Assembly (NCBI GenBank): GCA_964019335.1
Contig: OZ025658.1
Coordinates: forward strand, 1 to 64,000
From: Diplonema japonicum
Taxonomy: Eukaryota > Protista > Euglenozoa: Diplonemea
Length of the DNA: 64,000 nucleotides
Reading direction: 5' to 3'
The notes under the pieces: generated by a model
The model's database searches: none
What the model saw: only the letters and a program-made list of their open reading frames with translations
Told to the model about the DNA's origin: nothing
Part shown: piece after piece, positions 23,075 through 34,430 of the stretch
How positions within the stretch are numbered: position 1 is the stretch's first letter
How the letters are laid out: every line of letters starts with the position of its first letter
Translations under genes and position numbers: made by a program

Positions 23075-24617
23075 TCATTCCCAGGCAAGCACCTTGCAAG
23101 CATCACGCTTTTCAGGCATATTCCAATCCATCTTTTTTTTTTTTCTTCTTTCCCCCCCCCTCATACCGTGATCCACCCCTTATCAGGCTCATAACGCTCG
23201 ACAGAAGAAAGCGGGCCGCCTTCATTCGCATAAAACCCACCCGTCACATAGATCTTCCCCTGGATGACTGTTGCTGTTGCGTTGGAACGGAATGTTGACA
23301 TGGACGCACCGTTGTGCCACTTCTCCTCCTCGGGGTCGTAGTACTCAGCTGTGTTGAGCGCGCCCACCCCGTCGCTGCCCCCTATGACCCACAGCTTGCC
23401 CTGTGAATTAGTGTTTTACATAAATATCGTAAATGAAAGCACACCTCATACGCCACGGCGGCAGGGCACATCCGTTTTGTTGACATCGAAGGCAGAACCG
23501 TCCATTCGTTGGAGTCGGGGTCGAAGCGTTGCACAATGGGCAGGACCTTCTCCCCAGGGGAGTGCCTTCCTTGGGTGCCGCCGATTATATAGATGTGCTG
23601 CCCGAGTGAGATGGACCCGAGTTCGCATGCCTTTTTTTTTTTTTTTTTTTTTCGCGATTAAAAAAAAATAAATACCTCAAACGGCATGGGTGCAATGGAC
23701 CCTGAGTCGGTCCATGTGTTGACTGTAGGGTCATACCGCTCCACTGTGCGGTACTCCTTCTCACCGTCGAAACCCCCGAAGACGTAGATGCACCCCTTGT
23801 GCACAGCACATGCAGGGGCTGACCGTACCGTCTTCATAGGAGGAAGCACCTTCCATGCATTGCTAAGCGGGTCGTAGCACTCCGTGCTGCGCAGTCTCGT
23901 TCTGCTGTTCCTCCCACCGAAGACGTAGACTTGCCTGTTGAAGACAGCCGTCCCGCAGTGGTACCTTTCGTAGTTCATGGAAGAAGCAGTGGACCAGCAA
24001 GGGTGCATGGGGTTGCATTTCACAACAGATTTCAAAGTGACGGACTTGGAGTTGAATGTGTGGTTGATCCCACCTATAACATATAACCCGTGCTTTCCAA
24101 GGAAGTTCTGCACAAGACCATGGGTGCGGATTAGCTTCCTCCATCTGGAGCAGACACACCCCATAAGTCGGATTTCAGATGCAGGGAGGTACAGGAGACA
24201 GTTTACAAGGACAGAGGAAGGGACACCGTAGAGGGTAGACATGCCGTGCGGTTCCAAACGGCGGAGGAGGAACCTCAGAAGTTGGTTGATGTTCATATTC
24301 ATTTGCAGTTGTAGCTGTTTCATTCTCTCTGCGATGCAGTTTTCAATTTGGACTGTAGTCTTGCCGGGGCTGGTCTTTGCCATGCTCCTTGCCCGGATTT
24401 GGAGGACCGGGGGGCCTTCCATCGTCAGCATGCACTCGTAGTCCACCTGCGACCGCACCTCCACCATGTCCTTGCCGTCCTCATAGGAGGCATGCCATGC
24501 GCTCAGCTTCAGCTCGTCGCTTCCTTCGTTCGCCAGCTTGTCGATCTCCCGTTTGGCTTCGTCCCACGAAGCTGCTTTGCGCTTGAATATCTCACCCCCA
24601 ATACATATTTTAATCAT
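23075..24617 (-). CDS. F-box/Kelch-repeat protein with PB1-like N-terminus; introns 23132-23166, 23401-23444, 23631-23675
   Basis: F-box VPSSVLVNCLLYLP..CVCSRWRKLI; six Kelch GG repeats (YVIGG, YVFGG x2, YIIGG, WVIGG, YVTGG) in frame after splicing. Confidence 0.9.
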
Positions 24618-24889
24618 TTGATTTTTCTTCTTCTTTTTTTGTTATGTGTGTGTGTGTGTGGTGTGTAGTCTGGGGTTGGGTTCTTCTTTCTGTTTGGTAA
24701 AGCACTCTTTTTATACTTTTTTTTCTTCTTTCCCCTGAACTACAGCTGTTTCGCTGCCAAAAGAAAAAAAAAAAAAAAAACAAAAGGGAAAAAAATACAA
24801 ACGTACCGACCGTAATTTTCCCAGCGTCGAAAAACTGGGAAAGTGCTCTTTTTTTTTTTTTTTTTCCTTTTCTCGTTTCCCGCTCACCT

Positions 24890-25414
24890 CTACTTCGAGT
24901 GTTTCTTCACCAAATCGTCATACAGTTCCTGCTCTCTTCCTGCGTATCGCTTGTACAGGGCGGGGAGCTGCGGGGAGAGGTGGTTTTTTTTTTGTTGGAA
25001 AAGTCACACCTTCTTCAACAGCTTCGGCTTCGTCCTTGACAGGAAATTGGTGATCTTTTCCTTGAGGGCCTCCAACTCAGGGTCATAGTACTCCTCCTCT
25101 TCCTCCTCCTCCTCAATTTCATCCTGCGGGTCGCCAAAAATACTGTCATACTCCTCAGGGGTGAGGATCCCCCGCAGGTCGATGTGGTGCTCGGCAGCGT
25201 GGGCCTTCAACATTTCCTTAAAAGAGTTAAAGAGAACAGATTGGTGTTTTGACCACACTCATACCTGAAGCTTTGCTCTGTTTTCAGGTGACGCGGCCTT
25301 AGCCTTTGCTGCTGCGTCCTTCAAAACTTGTTTGAACATTTGCTCTTCGCCCTGCCCGGCCGCAAGACACACCATGCTGAGCAGCACCACAAGCACGACA
25401 GCCACCTTCATCAT
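24890..25414 (-). CDS. Small secreted/ER hypothetical protein; introns 24968-25009 and 25217-25264
   Basis: Signal peptide MMKVAVVLVVLL..., acidic linker, C-terminal FLSRTKPKLLKK|LPALYKRYAGREQELYDDLVKKH after splicing. Confidence 0.75.
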
Positions 25415-25751
25415 TTCTCTTTTTGTGTCCTGGGAAGATGAATGTAGCAACATATGGTGAAGGGAGGTGCTGTTGTCTGAAGCAAATGCGAAGGACACGC
25501 GGGACGTCGCGCTTGCGCAGGCAGACGGAGGGACTGGCGATGCGAGACAGCGACAGCCGTATCGGAATATGAACGACAGAAGAGCGAAAAATAGCTATTC
25601 TCAACAAAAGGCGACGGAGAGGAAGTAAAGTCTGGAAGCTAACCAGACTCTACCCGCAGTGCAGCGAACGTGGAATACCAGTCAGGGCCGGATGAAGCAA
25701 CGGGGCACAAAAAAAAAAACTTTTTTTTCGGATGATCAACTTTCATTTTTG

Positions 25752-27790
25752 TTAAATGTCTCTCACCGTGGTCCGCAAACTCATCAGGTTCTGCTTGATA
25801 TTCCGCAACGCGTCCATCTCCGCACGGACCCTTGCAGTGATGGCGCATTCCGACACCCCGTACCCAAGCACCTTGTTGCTTGTCTCGTCCACCATGACGG
25901 ACTTGTGGATGAGTTTCTGTGTGTTTTTTTTTTCCTCTTTAAGGACTCCACATCGACATACCCTGGGTGTCATGAGCCTCTTGAACATCTGCTCCAGCAC
26001 CATCTTCGACTGTTCCCTTTCCATCCTCCTCATGTTCTTCCACCGTACCCTTTCAAGAATCGGCGCGTCCGGCTGGGGCACTCTGTACATCGGCGCCTCC
26101 GAAATCGGAACGTCACTCTGCAAAAAGAAAAAAAGAGTTTGAAAAATGCCAACAAAATAAAGAGACAAGTTGATTGTTGCTGGGACAACCTGTGAAGGAT
26201 AACACCAGGTGCTCTATACAATCAATCATTTTTGAAAGAAAAAAGAAATTCTAAATTTAAAAAAAGACACACCTGGTACGGCCCCGGCTCTATGGGGTAC
26301 TTCAGCGAAGTCTCCCTGATGTCGATGGGGTTGCCCTGTGCGTCGAACTGCAGAGTGTACTCGTCCTCCTCCTCCTGCTCCGTTAGGTACGACGGTTCCG
26401 GCTCAGCGGCTGGGATGGGGGAGGTGTCGGGGTGCAGTTCTGGTTGCTCCGCTTTTTCCATCTTCTCGTCATTTTCGCGAGGCTGCCGCGACTCTTTCAA
26501 AGCCGCGTTTACCTGCTGGATCTCTTTGCTCTTCTCTTCCATCAGCTTGGCCTCCTTCACAGTGCTCGCCGCGATCCTGTCCTGCTCCTCGAGCGACATT
26601 TCATAGTCAGCAACGTCCCTTTCATCCAAAGCCCGTTCCTCAGTGTCCGTCCGCCATGCTACTGTAACATTCAGGTACTCGTAGATACCTTGCACGACTG
26701 CACCTGGCGATGTTTCCATGACCTGCTTGTCGAGGGATGCAAGGCACTGCTCGAGGACGTCCCGCTTGGTGTCGATGCCCAGCACCACGCGTGCTACGTC
26801 CTTTGCCTTGGCAGTGCCCTTCTCGAGCTTCACCGCGCCGATCAAGGAAATGATCTTCTGTCCGATCTCCTTGTTCGTCGGCTCAAGGTTTGTATTCCAC
26901 AAGTTTGGCGTCTTGCTGATGAGCTGCCGTGGCTGCATGATGAGGGTCGGGTTCTGCATCTCTGCGGGAGTGAACTCCTGCAACGCGGGGAGGTGCGAAG
27001 AGTTCTGAAGCGACAGCATTCCGTGGTCCAACGCGAGCAGATTGAGGTTCCCGTTGTTAAGGAGTACCGCCTCGACCTGCTTGGCGTGGTTGTAGGAGAG
27101 CATCCCAGAGACGTCGGGTTCATGGCCTTCTTCAGAAGCGTCAAAATGTGGTAAACCATGCGCAGTGCCACCGTTGGGGGAGCGGGCGTAAAGGTCGTTC
27201 TTGTTGATTGTAAATGTGACTGGGGGGGCGTGACGTACCCAGCCCAGGCCCGAGTCGAGGGTCAGCTTCAAGAATGACTTCGAGACAACGCTCTTGCATA
27301 TGGTGGCGCCGAGGAAGTTGAAACGATCGCTCTCGAGGCTCCATTCGGACTCGGAGAGGTGGTTCAGCAGACTGAAGTCGCGCCATGTATGGTCGATCTC
27401 AGCTGACCTGAAGAGGTGCTTGAGGTTTTCCCGTTGTTCCACACCGTTTTCGTGAAGAGAAAGTGTGGAGGGGTATGCAGGGTGCTTTGGTATGAGGGAT
27501 GGGAACAATTCGGGGTCCACAGGCGCCACCTCAGGGGTGTACTCTTGTGCCTGTTCATCTACGTTATGTGCGATGATGTCTTCCACTTCCCGTACCATGC
27601 TGATGTCCTCGTCGATGGGTTCCTCTTGTGGCATGGTTTTGTGTGTTGCGGTCTCGTCGCTTTCCATGTTCAACTCTATTGCTGGTTTTTCCAGTGCTTT
27701 TCTTTTTTTCCGCTTCACCGTTTTCAGCTTCTTCGCCGTCGTTGCACTCCTTGCATACTTTCTTCCGGTGTTCGTCAGCTGCCGTAACAT
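25752..27790 (-). CDS. Mitochondrial RNase III-like/dsRBD protein (mL44-like); introns 25917-25961, 26118-26189, 26214-26272
   Basis: Presequence MLRQL..; degenerate RNase III signature DRFNFLGATI; C-terminal VLGYGVSECAITARVRAEMDAL resembles a dsRBD. The 24-nt micro-exon is inferred. Confidence 0.65.
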
Positions 27791-27930
27791 GTCGGCTCCT
27801 CCCTACCCTCTTGGGGGGGTTCCTTTGTTTTTTTTTTTTTTTTTTTTTTTTTCTTCTCAGAAGCAAAATAGCGGCAAGAAAAGAAGAAGACAAAGAATAG
27901 GTATCGCGTTTGCTTATAGTGCTGTGTGTT

Positions 27931-27967
<37 letters not shown>

Positions 27968-28287
27968 GAATAAAGGCGGCGGGTGGGGAGAATTAGAAAG
28001 AGTGTTTGGTGGAGGGTTAGAACTATATTCTGTTTTTTTTTTTCTTTTCTTTTTTTTTTTCTGGTCACTGCTTTTTCTTCTTCTTTTTTTTATTTTATTT
28101 ATTTACCCGCCACCGTTTTTTTTTTTTTATATTTTTTTTCCTTTAGATTTTTTCCTTAAAAGATTTTTCATCCTAATTTTTTTTCAAAAAAAAAAAGAAA
28201 AAAAATATACCTTTCTTTTCTTTTTTTTTCCCTTCCTTTTTCGCAAAAAAAAAAAAAAAAAAAACGTATTTACAGAACCATATCAAA

Positions 28288-28325
<38 letters not shown>

Positions 28326-28335
28326 ATCCCAGCTT

Positions 28336-28893
28336 TTATTTGGATTGTTGCTCATCAATATGCTTGCTGAAGTTCAGCATGCCCCTGAAGTCCTCGAGAG
28401 ATATTTTGCCGTCTCCGTCCACATCAGCTGTTTTGATCAGTACATCCATGTCCTCCCTGGTCATCTCCCCGTAGCCCATGCGGGACATTATGGACTTTAG
28501 TACCTCGGGGTCGACGTACCCCGACTCTTGAGGGTCATAGACCCTGAAGGCCTCTTTCACAGGATCGAAGTTTGAAATATTATTATTATCGAGAAGGTTC
28601 CAGAGTGTGTCGACTGTGAAGTTGGGCTCTGAGATCAAGAACCTGTATTCCTTGTTGGTCATTTGGGGGTAGAAGGCTCCAAGCCTGGCTTTAAGGTCTT
28701 TCGGCCGGAGAACCCCTTTCCCTTGAACGTCAAAGAATGCAAACGCGCTCTCCACCTCCTCCCTTGTGATCTTCACTCCCATCTGTCCTTCCTTTTCCTT
28801 CCCCCTCCAATCGCCTTTCTTCACGTTGAACCGTGGGTATGGTATGGGCGACGACGCACCCCCTTGGCCTTTGGGTGATGTTTTGTCCTCCAT
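28336..28893 (-). CDS. Calmodulin/centrin-like EF-hand protein
   Basis: AFAFFDVQGKG, AFRVYDPQESGYV, ADVDGDGKISLEDF. The upstream part of the ORF-track entry is non-coding or transposon sequence. Confidence 0.9.
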   Translation of the reverse strand: MEDKTSPKGQGGASSPIPYPRFNVKKGDWRGKEKEGQMGVKITREEVESAFAFFDVQGKGVLRPKDLKARLGAFYPQMTNKEYRFLISEPNFTVDTLWNLLDNNNISNFDPVKEAFRVYDPQESGYVDPEVLKSIMSRMGYGEMTREDMDVLIKTADVDGDGKISLEDFRGMLNFSKHIDEQQSK

Positions 28894-29013
28894 TCTTTTT
28901 TTTTTTTTTTTTTTTTTTTGTTTTTGTTTTCGTTTTCCTGAGGGAATAAAAAAAAACTTTTTGTTTCTTCCAAAAAAAAAAAAAATAAATAAATACTGTA
29001 AAACGAATAATGT

Positions 29014-29074
29014 CGGACGGAAAAACTCCCGGACACCAAAAAAACTCGGACATTTTTCCGTCCGGGAGTTTTTC
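29014..29074 (+). repeat. 61-bp quasi-palindromic subterminal block, left copy
   Basis: CGGACGGAAAAACTCCCGGACACCAAAAAAACTCGGACATTTTTCCGTCCGGGAGTTTTTC, identical to 31491-31551 in direct orientation. Confidence 0.95.
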
Positions 29075-29292
29075 TGGGGAAAAGTCTTTTTTACGGAAGG
29101 GGGGTAGCAGCTCCTGCTTTTTTTCCCATACCACCATGTTTGCCTGGAAGGGCTTTGCAGACTCGTATGCAGAGCCAAAATGTTTACCCTGCGTGGCAGT
29201 TTGAATTTTTTTTCCCTCCCTTTCAATGCACCAACAAACAGCACCCACAGGATCTTAACTTCAATCTCATAAACCCGTACTTCTTTCGTCAA

Positions 29293-31452
29293 ATGACCAG
29301 TTCGACTACCCAAGGCACGTTGAGCAACTGGCTTGTGAGGCACCCAACTTTGGTTGCTGACACTTCCGACCAGCTCACCCCCCGAGAGGTGGAGGAGATA
29401 AACTCCTTACACCGGGCCAAGAAGGCCAGAACAAACCCCCGAAAGCAGCTCCAGCTCCCGAAGGATACTAAAACCCTTATTGGGCGATACGCTGTACCCA
29501 CGGCGTCGCGGCGGCCAGGTCGTGGTACCGCACGAAAGAGGGGGTGGAACTAGCAACGTCCAGTATTTCCGACTGGAAAAAAAACTTTGGAGGCTCTGTT
29601 GGGCCTGTTGCTGCCCCCTTTACCGTCGGTCGCAAACCTCTTCTGGCCGAGGCAGAGACTGCCAAGGTTTTTGCTTGGGTCGATAGGCAAAACGAACTTG
29701 GCGAGCCTATCTCAGCGCAACAAATATGCACCTATGCAGAAGGGCTGCTGCGCGCTAATCCAGCCCGAAAGACAGAGCTGGTAGACTTTGGTGGAGCACT
29801 GTCCTTTTCCACCAGCTGGGCTGACAAGCTTTGCAGCAGGAAAGGCTACAAAAGCCGCAGGCCCACCACCGGAAAACCTGGAAACGAGAAGGACAAAGAG
29901 AGGGCACGCTGTTTCGCCATGCAATTCAGGTCAATAATCGACACCCATAAAGTAAGGCCTGAATTGGTCTGGAATATGGACCAAACCTCCCTGCAGCTGT
30001 TGCCGTTGGGGTTAAAAACCAAAACGAAAAGGGGTGCAAAGGTCGTAAAAGTCCGTGGCTTGGGGGACAAACGGGCCATAACCGGACAGCTGGCTGTCTC
30101 CCTGGCTGGGGATAAGTTGCATCCGCAACTTATATACAAAGGCAGAACGGAACCTGCAGCCGACAGGGTTTATCCAGGGTCCGTGCCCCGGGTCAAGCAC
30201 CCGCCCGCCGAATGGAGCCAAACGGATTCGCCCAGTCATTGGGCTAATTATGATACACTCAGTATCTGGGTCAAAAAGCTGTTTCTTCCTTTTTGCAGTA
30301 AAACCATCGATTCTCATGGTTTTGCCCCGAACGAGTCGATTCTGCTGCTTGTCGATGACTACAACTGTCATTCGACCGATGAGTTTTTGGAGTTGTTCGA
30401 AGGCACAAACGTGCACATTGCTTTTGTCCCCCCTGGGCTCACCTACATGGTTCAACCGATGGATATTGGGTTGAACGCAGCTGTAAAAGCATCTATTAAG
30501 AACAGTTATAAAAAGTGGGCCACACGAAGGCTCGACAAGCTGATTGCCTCAGGGGCGGCGGCTGAATCATGGGAGGTGCCCTCTACTAGCTCGATTAAAG
30601 GGCCTCACTTGAGGTATGCCACGAGGCTTTTTCTTTTCCTGTTTTTTTCCTAGGTGGGTCGAAACAGCCTGGGATGCTGTCTCCGGCCAGTCGATCAGGA
30701 ACAGCTGGGCTTCCTGTTTTGGCCACTACCTGGAACCCGGATGGAGCCCAATTTGGGAGTTTTCGGTACTTGCTGCATACGCCGGTGTTGCGTGTGTGCT
30801 GGCTGTTGGAAAAACATGGGAGGAAGAGTGGGAAGAGGACTGGGGCTGGGAGGAGGACTGGGAGGAAGAGTGGGAAGAGGACTGGGGCTGGGAGGAGGTC
30901 TGGGAAGAGGAGGAAGACGAGTACTCCCTATATGCCAGGCTTGCCCAGGACATGGAGCATGGACGTGTGGAAGTCATCGACGTAGATGCATCTTCCGACA
31001 CGACCACCGTGTCCGCCGCCTCGACGACCGAAGAAACCTTTTCCGTTTCTTCAGACTCGTCAGTGGAGATACTCCCCAGTCTCACCCAGCAACGGCTGGA
31101 TGACGCTGCCGCCAGGAGGGCCGCCAAGAAGGCAACAGCTAAGCCTGCAAGAAAGAAGGCAGCAGCTAAGCCCACAGGCAAGAAGGCAGCAGCTAAGCCC
31201 GCAAGCAAGAAGGCAGCAGCTAAGCCCGCAGGCAAGAAGGCAGCGGCCAAACCCGGAGGCAAGGTACCCCCCCTTTTTTTTCTTTTCTTTTTGCCTTTTA
31301 TCAATCAGTTTTATCTTGAGCTTTATGCCCACACGGTATCTTCTTCCAGGGATAATACGGACACGAAACACATGACCCAGATACCCAGTGGTTTGGTGGC
31401 GGTTTCTTCGCGCGGTTGCCGTTTGCAGCCCAGGCCAGTATGTAGGTGGTAG
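29293..31452 (+). pseudogene. pogo DD35D transposase with one frameshift (about 29497) and introns 30614-30653 and 31264-31308
   Basis: Brinker-like HTH (IGRYAV/HGVAAARSWY..SSISDWKK) split by a 1-nt frameshift; CENP-B-like FSTSWADKL; catalytic WNMDQT, LLVDDYNCH and QPMD with 35 residues between D2 and D3; splicing restores PHLR|WVETAWDAV..IRNSW. Confidence 0.85.
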
Positions 31453-31490
31453 TGGACCAGGCCCCCTGACGACCTTACAGGAAAAACTCC

Positions 31491-31551
31491 CGGACGGAAA
31501 AACTCCCGGACACCAAAAAAACTCGGACATTTTTCCGTCCGGGAGTTTTTC
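31491..31551 (+). repeat. 61-bp quasi-palindromic subterminal block, right copy
   Basis: Identical to 29014-29074. Confidence 0.95.
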
Positions 31552-31593
31552 GTTTTACAGTAAATAAAAAAAAAAAAATAAATAAATAATGTT

Positions 31594-32220
31594 TCATCTC
31601 CCTCCCTGGAACCTGGCACTGTGCTCGGTAACCAGAGCGGTGTACCGATCTTCATTTTCGTAGTCCCGGATGGTGGAATAGAACAGCCGTATCGCCCTGA
31701 GAAGGTGGAACCGACCGTCGATGACATCACAATTGTTCTCGACATGTTCTATGGCTGCATGGCCGATCCGTTTAAACTTCATGGTGTCGCTGCGCGTCAC
31801 TGACCGCTGCAGGCCATCGACACAAAGACGCAGGAGGTTAGAATAGGACTCGTTTGTAGGGGAGGACATCTTGAGAAAGGTGTCGAGGGCCCTGTCCGGC
31901 TCCCATATTTTGTAGTACAGGTAGAAGATATTGTTGTATTCCCACACCTTGAAGTCGCGCTCGTGGTTTCGTTCCATAACCTCAACGGTCCACAAGCCGA
32001 ATTCGCGACATCTTGCGTCGGCACACTTGTGCAGCATCACGTTGAGCTCCGGGAGGTCGAGGCAGCCTTCCTGCTCATAGAACTCTATCACCTCTTTAGC
32101 TTCTTCCAACGTGTACGCTAGGCGTATCCTTCCTATCTTGTACTCACCGGCTTTGATGCGATCCCCGAGGATGTGCTTCGGTATCGACATAACGTGTCGC
32201 TTTGTTAATCTTCGCAGCAT
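31594..32220 (-). CDS. PPR-like helical-repeat protein, probably mitochondrial
   Basis: MLRRL presequence; WEYNNIFYLY..PDRALDTFLKM..PTNESYSNLLRLC fits the PPR pattern. Confidence 0.7.
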   Translation of the reverse strand: MLRRLTKRHVMSIPKHILGDRIKAGEYKIGRIRLAYTLEEAKEVIEFYEQEGCLDLPELNVMLHKCADARCREFGLWTVEVMERNHERDFKVWEYNNIFYLYYKIWEPDRALDTFLKMSSPTNESYSNLLRLCVDGLQRSVTRSDTMKFKRIGHAAIEHVENNCDVIDGRFHLLRAIRLFYSTIRDYENEDRYTALVTEHSARFQGGR

Positions 32221-32273
32221 TTCTTCCCTCTTTTTTTTCCTCTTTTGTCGAAGCGCATTCTGTTTGGGTTGCT

Positions 32274-32304
<31 letters not shown>

Positions 32305-32633
32305 GAAAAAGTTCTTTGTTTAAAAAAAAAAAGAAATCGTAGAATATTGTTGTTATTGTTTTTTTTTTTCCTTTTCTTTTTTGTTTCCCCCCTCTTGAAC
32401 GGGGGCCTGGGGAGAGCCTGTTCGTTTCCCTCATGGACAGAAATCTTTTTTTATTTATTTAAAAAAAAAGAAAGAGAAAGGCGGGGGGGTGTTTGGTTTG
32501 TCATGTCTAAAAAGAAAACTCAAAAGAAAGAAAACTCCCGCAAACCTCTTAATTATTTCACCCACACAAAGGATGACAAGGCAAAGAGGCACCAGAAGTA
32601 GTATTTGGACAGTGTCCACCATCCACATATGAA

Positions 32634-32665
<32 letters not shown>

Positions 32666-32725
32666 ACAGAATATGGAAGAACAAACAAATGGGTGTAAGA
32701 GAAAAAAAAAACTTTAAAAAAAAAG

Positions 32726-34430
32726 TCACTCCATTGCAGGTTGTCTTTGCGATCCTGAGCGAAGGGAGAGAGAGCCGCCCAGATCCATTTCGCCATCGCC
32801 GTATGGCTGGGTTAGCACCGCAGGCGACAAAGTATCTATATCGTTGACATCTTCCTCGCAAGCCAGCTCTTCCAACTGAAGTTGGAGCTGGTGCTTCGCA
32901 AGCCGAGCCTCCTTCAACGCATCTTGAGTTCGTATAAGCTTCGCATGTTCAGCCTCCCACCTCACCTTCCATGCATTAACCCTGCTCCCTGGACTCAGCT
33001 GATCATCCGCCTCCTCTGGTATCTCAAATGTCACAGTAGCAGTTGATGTCAAGGACCGGTTTGTTGTTCTACAAAAAAAAAAAAAAGATTTTTCTTTCTT
33101 TAAAAAAAACATACTTCTTCAATGAACCAGCATATGCTGTTTGTTCCTCCTCGTCTCTCAACGAGCTGAGTATGGTGCTTGTGATTGATGGCAGGTCGAG
33201 CTCCATCGCCTTCTTGCGAAGTGTGATGTTCCTCCCGTCTATGATGCCCTTCACAAGAACAAATGTTTTCGTGTCGACGTGTGTTACCTTCAGTGTGTTG
33301 GGGTCTGTGACGAACAGATGCGTCTGGTGGTTCCGTGGAGACATAGTCGGGTTCACCTTCCACAAGGACACGACACGGTCCTGGCATGCAAGGGACATCT
33401 TGTCATCGCTGACAAGCTGCAAACAGTTCGGCCAGCCGGGGAGGAGGAGCGTGTTGACGATCTGAGCCGACGTGATGTCCCATATCCGAATAGTGCAGTT
33501 GATGGAACAGGTGTAAAGGTACCGCGACGACACCTCCAGACCCTTCACGATTCCTTTATGACCACGAAAAACGAGAGGTCCAGACGTCCCACTGCAAGGA
33601 TCATCCCATTTTTTCACAAGACAGTCGAACGATGATGTGTAAAGAACATCGTCGTCGGGGAGATACTTCATATCGCTGATCTGAGAGGAGTGCGCCTTTC
33701 CTCCAAGTGTTCCTACTTCCTTTCCAAGACGCATGTCCCATATCTTCACGAGGCCTTCCTTGTTGCCGCTGAACACGATTCCATTCCGTCCGGATACTAT
33801 CTTCAGGGCTTCAGATGCTTCACGGATTTCAACGATTGCCTTGTTCTCTTCGATGTCCCATAGTTTGATGAGATGGTCGCCACCACATGTAGCAAGGTGT
33901 TCTTCGGTGTCTATCAAGGGTGCGATGCTGTGGACGCCGAAACGGTGGATGCCCTGTTTATCTGTGCCAAGAGCGTGTTTTTTTTTCCATGTGTAGGTAT
34001 TCCAGAGGAGGCATTGGTTATCGGCGGATGCGGAGAAGAGTGTCTCTGTTCTTTCGTCGTGTGACACACGGATGTCTGTCACTCTTTTCTTGTGCCCGTT
34101 TAGGGTTTTTAGTTGTATTATTTCTAGTTTTTCCTCGTCGTCTTGTGTTCTGCTCTTGAAGCATGATGTGATTGGGTTTCTTCGTTTTCTGTGTATTTGG
34201 CACACTTCGAGCATTTCTCCAGCTGTAACAAGCAGGTCTCTTCCTGGGATGGTGGCTACGTGGTGGACCTCTCCCTGTCCTTTGCGTTCTGCGATCGGTT
34301 TTACAGTTTCGAAGCCTCCGCCCTTTGAGCTCATTAGTGCTTGCATCACGTTCGTCCGCTGTTTTTCTTCACGTTTCTTTTTTGCCACCGATGTCTTCAC
34401 ATTCTCATTTTCCACTACGCGGGTGGTCAT
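32726..34430 (-). CDS. WD40-repeat protein with C-terminal coiled coil; intron 33069-33114
   Basis: GHKKRVTD..SASAD..LW, TCGGDHLIKLWD, SSFDCLVKKWD, GHKGIV..TIRIWD. Confidence 0.9.

Larger units (their letters stand above)
28996..31560 (+). mobile_element. Full-length pogo-type (Tc1/mariner superfamily) DNA transposon, 2,565 bp
   Basis: TA on both flanks (28994-28995, 31561-31562); perfect 12-bp TIR CTGTAAAACGAA / TTCGTTTTACAG extending imperfectly to about 30 bp; encodes a DDE_1 transposase. Confidence 0.93.

Noticed and set aside
29014-29074. CRISPR-like repeat array
   Set aside because: Only two blocks, at transposon ends, with no spacers or cas genes; eukaryotic context.
28894-29343. N-terminal extension of the EF-hand ORF (335 aa) suggesting a transposon-host fusion
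   Set aside because: The frame passes through homopolymers and the antisense TIR; a normal CAG, A-leader and ATG exist at 28893.
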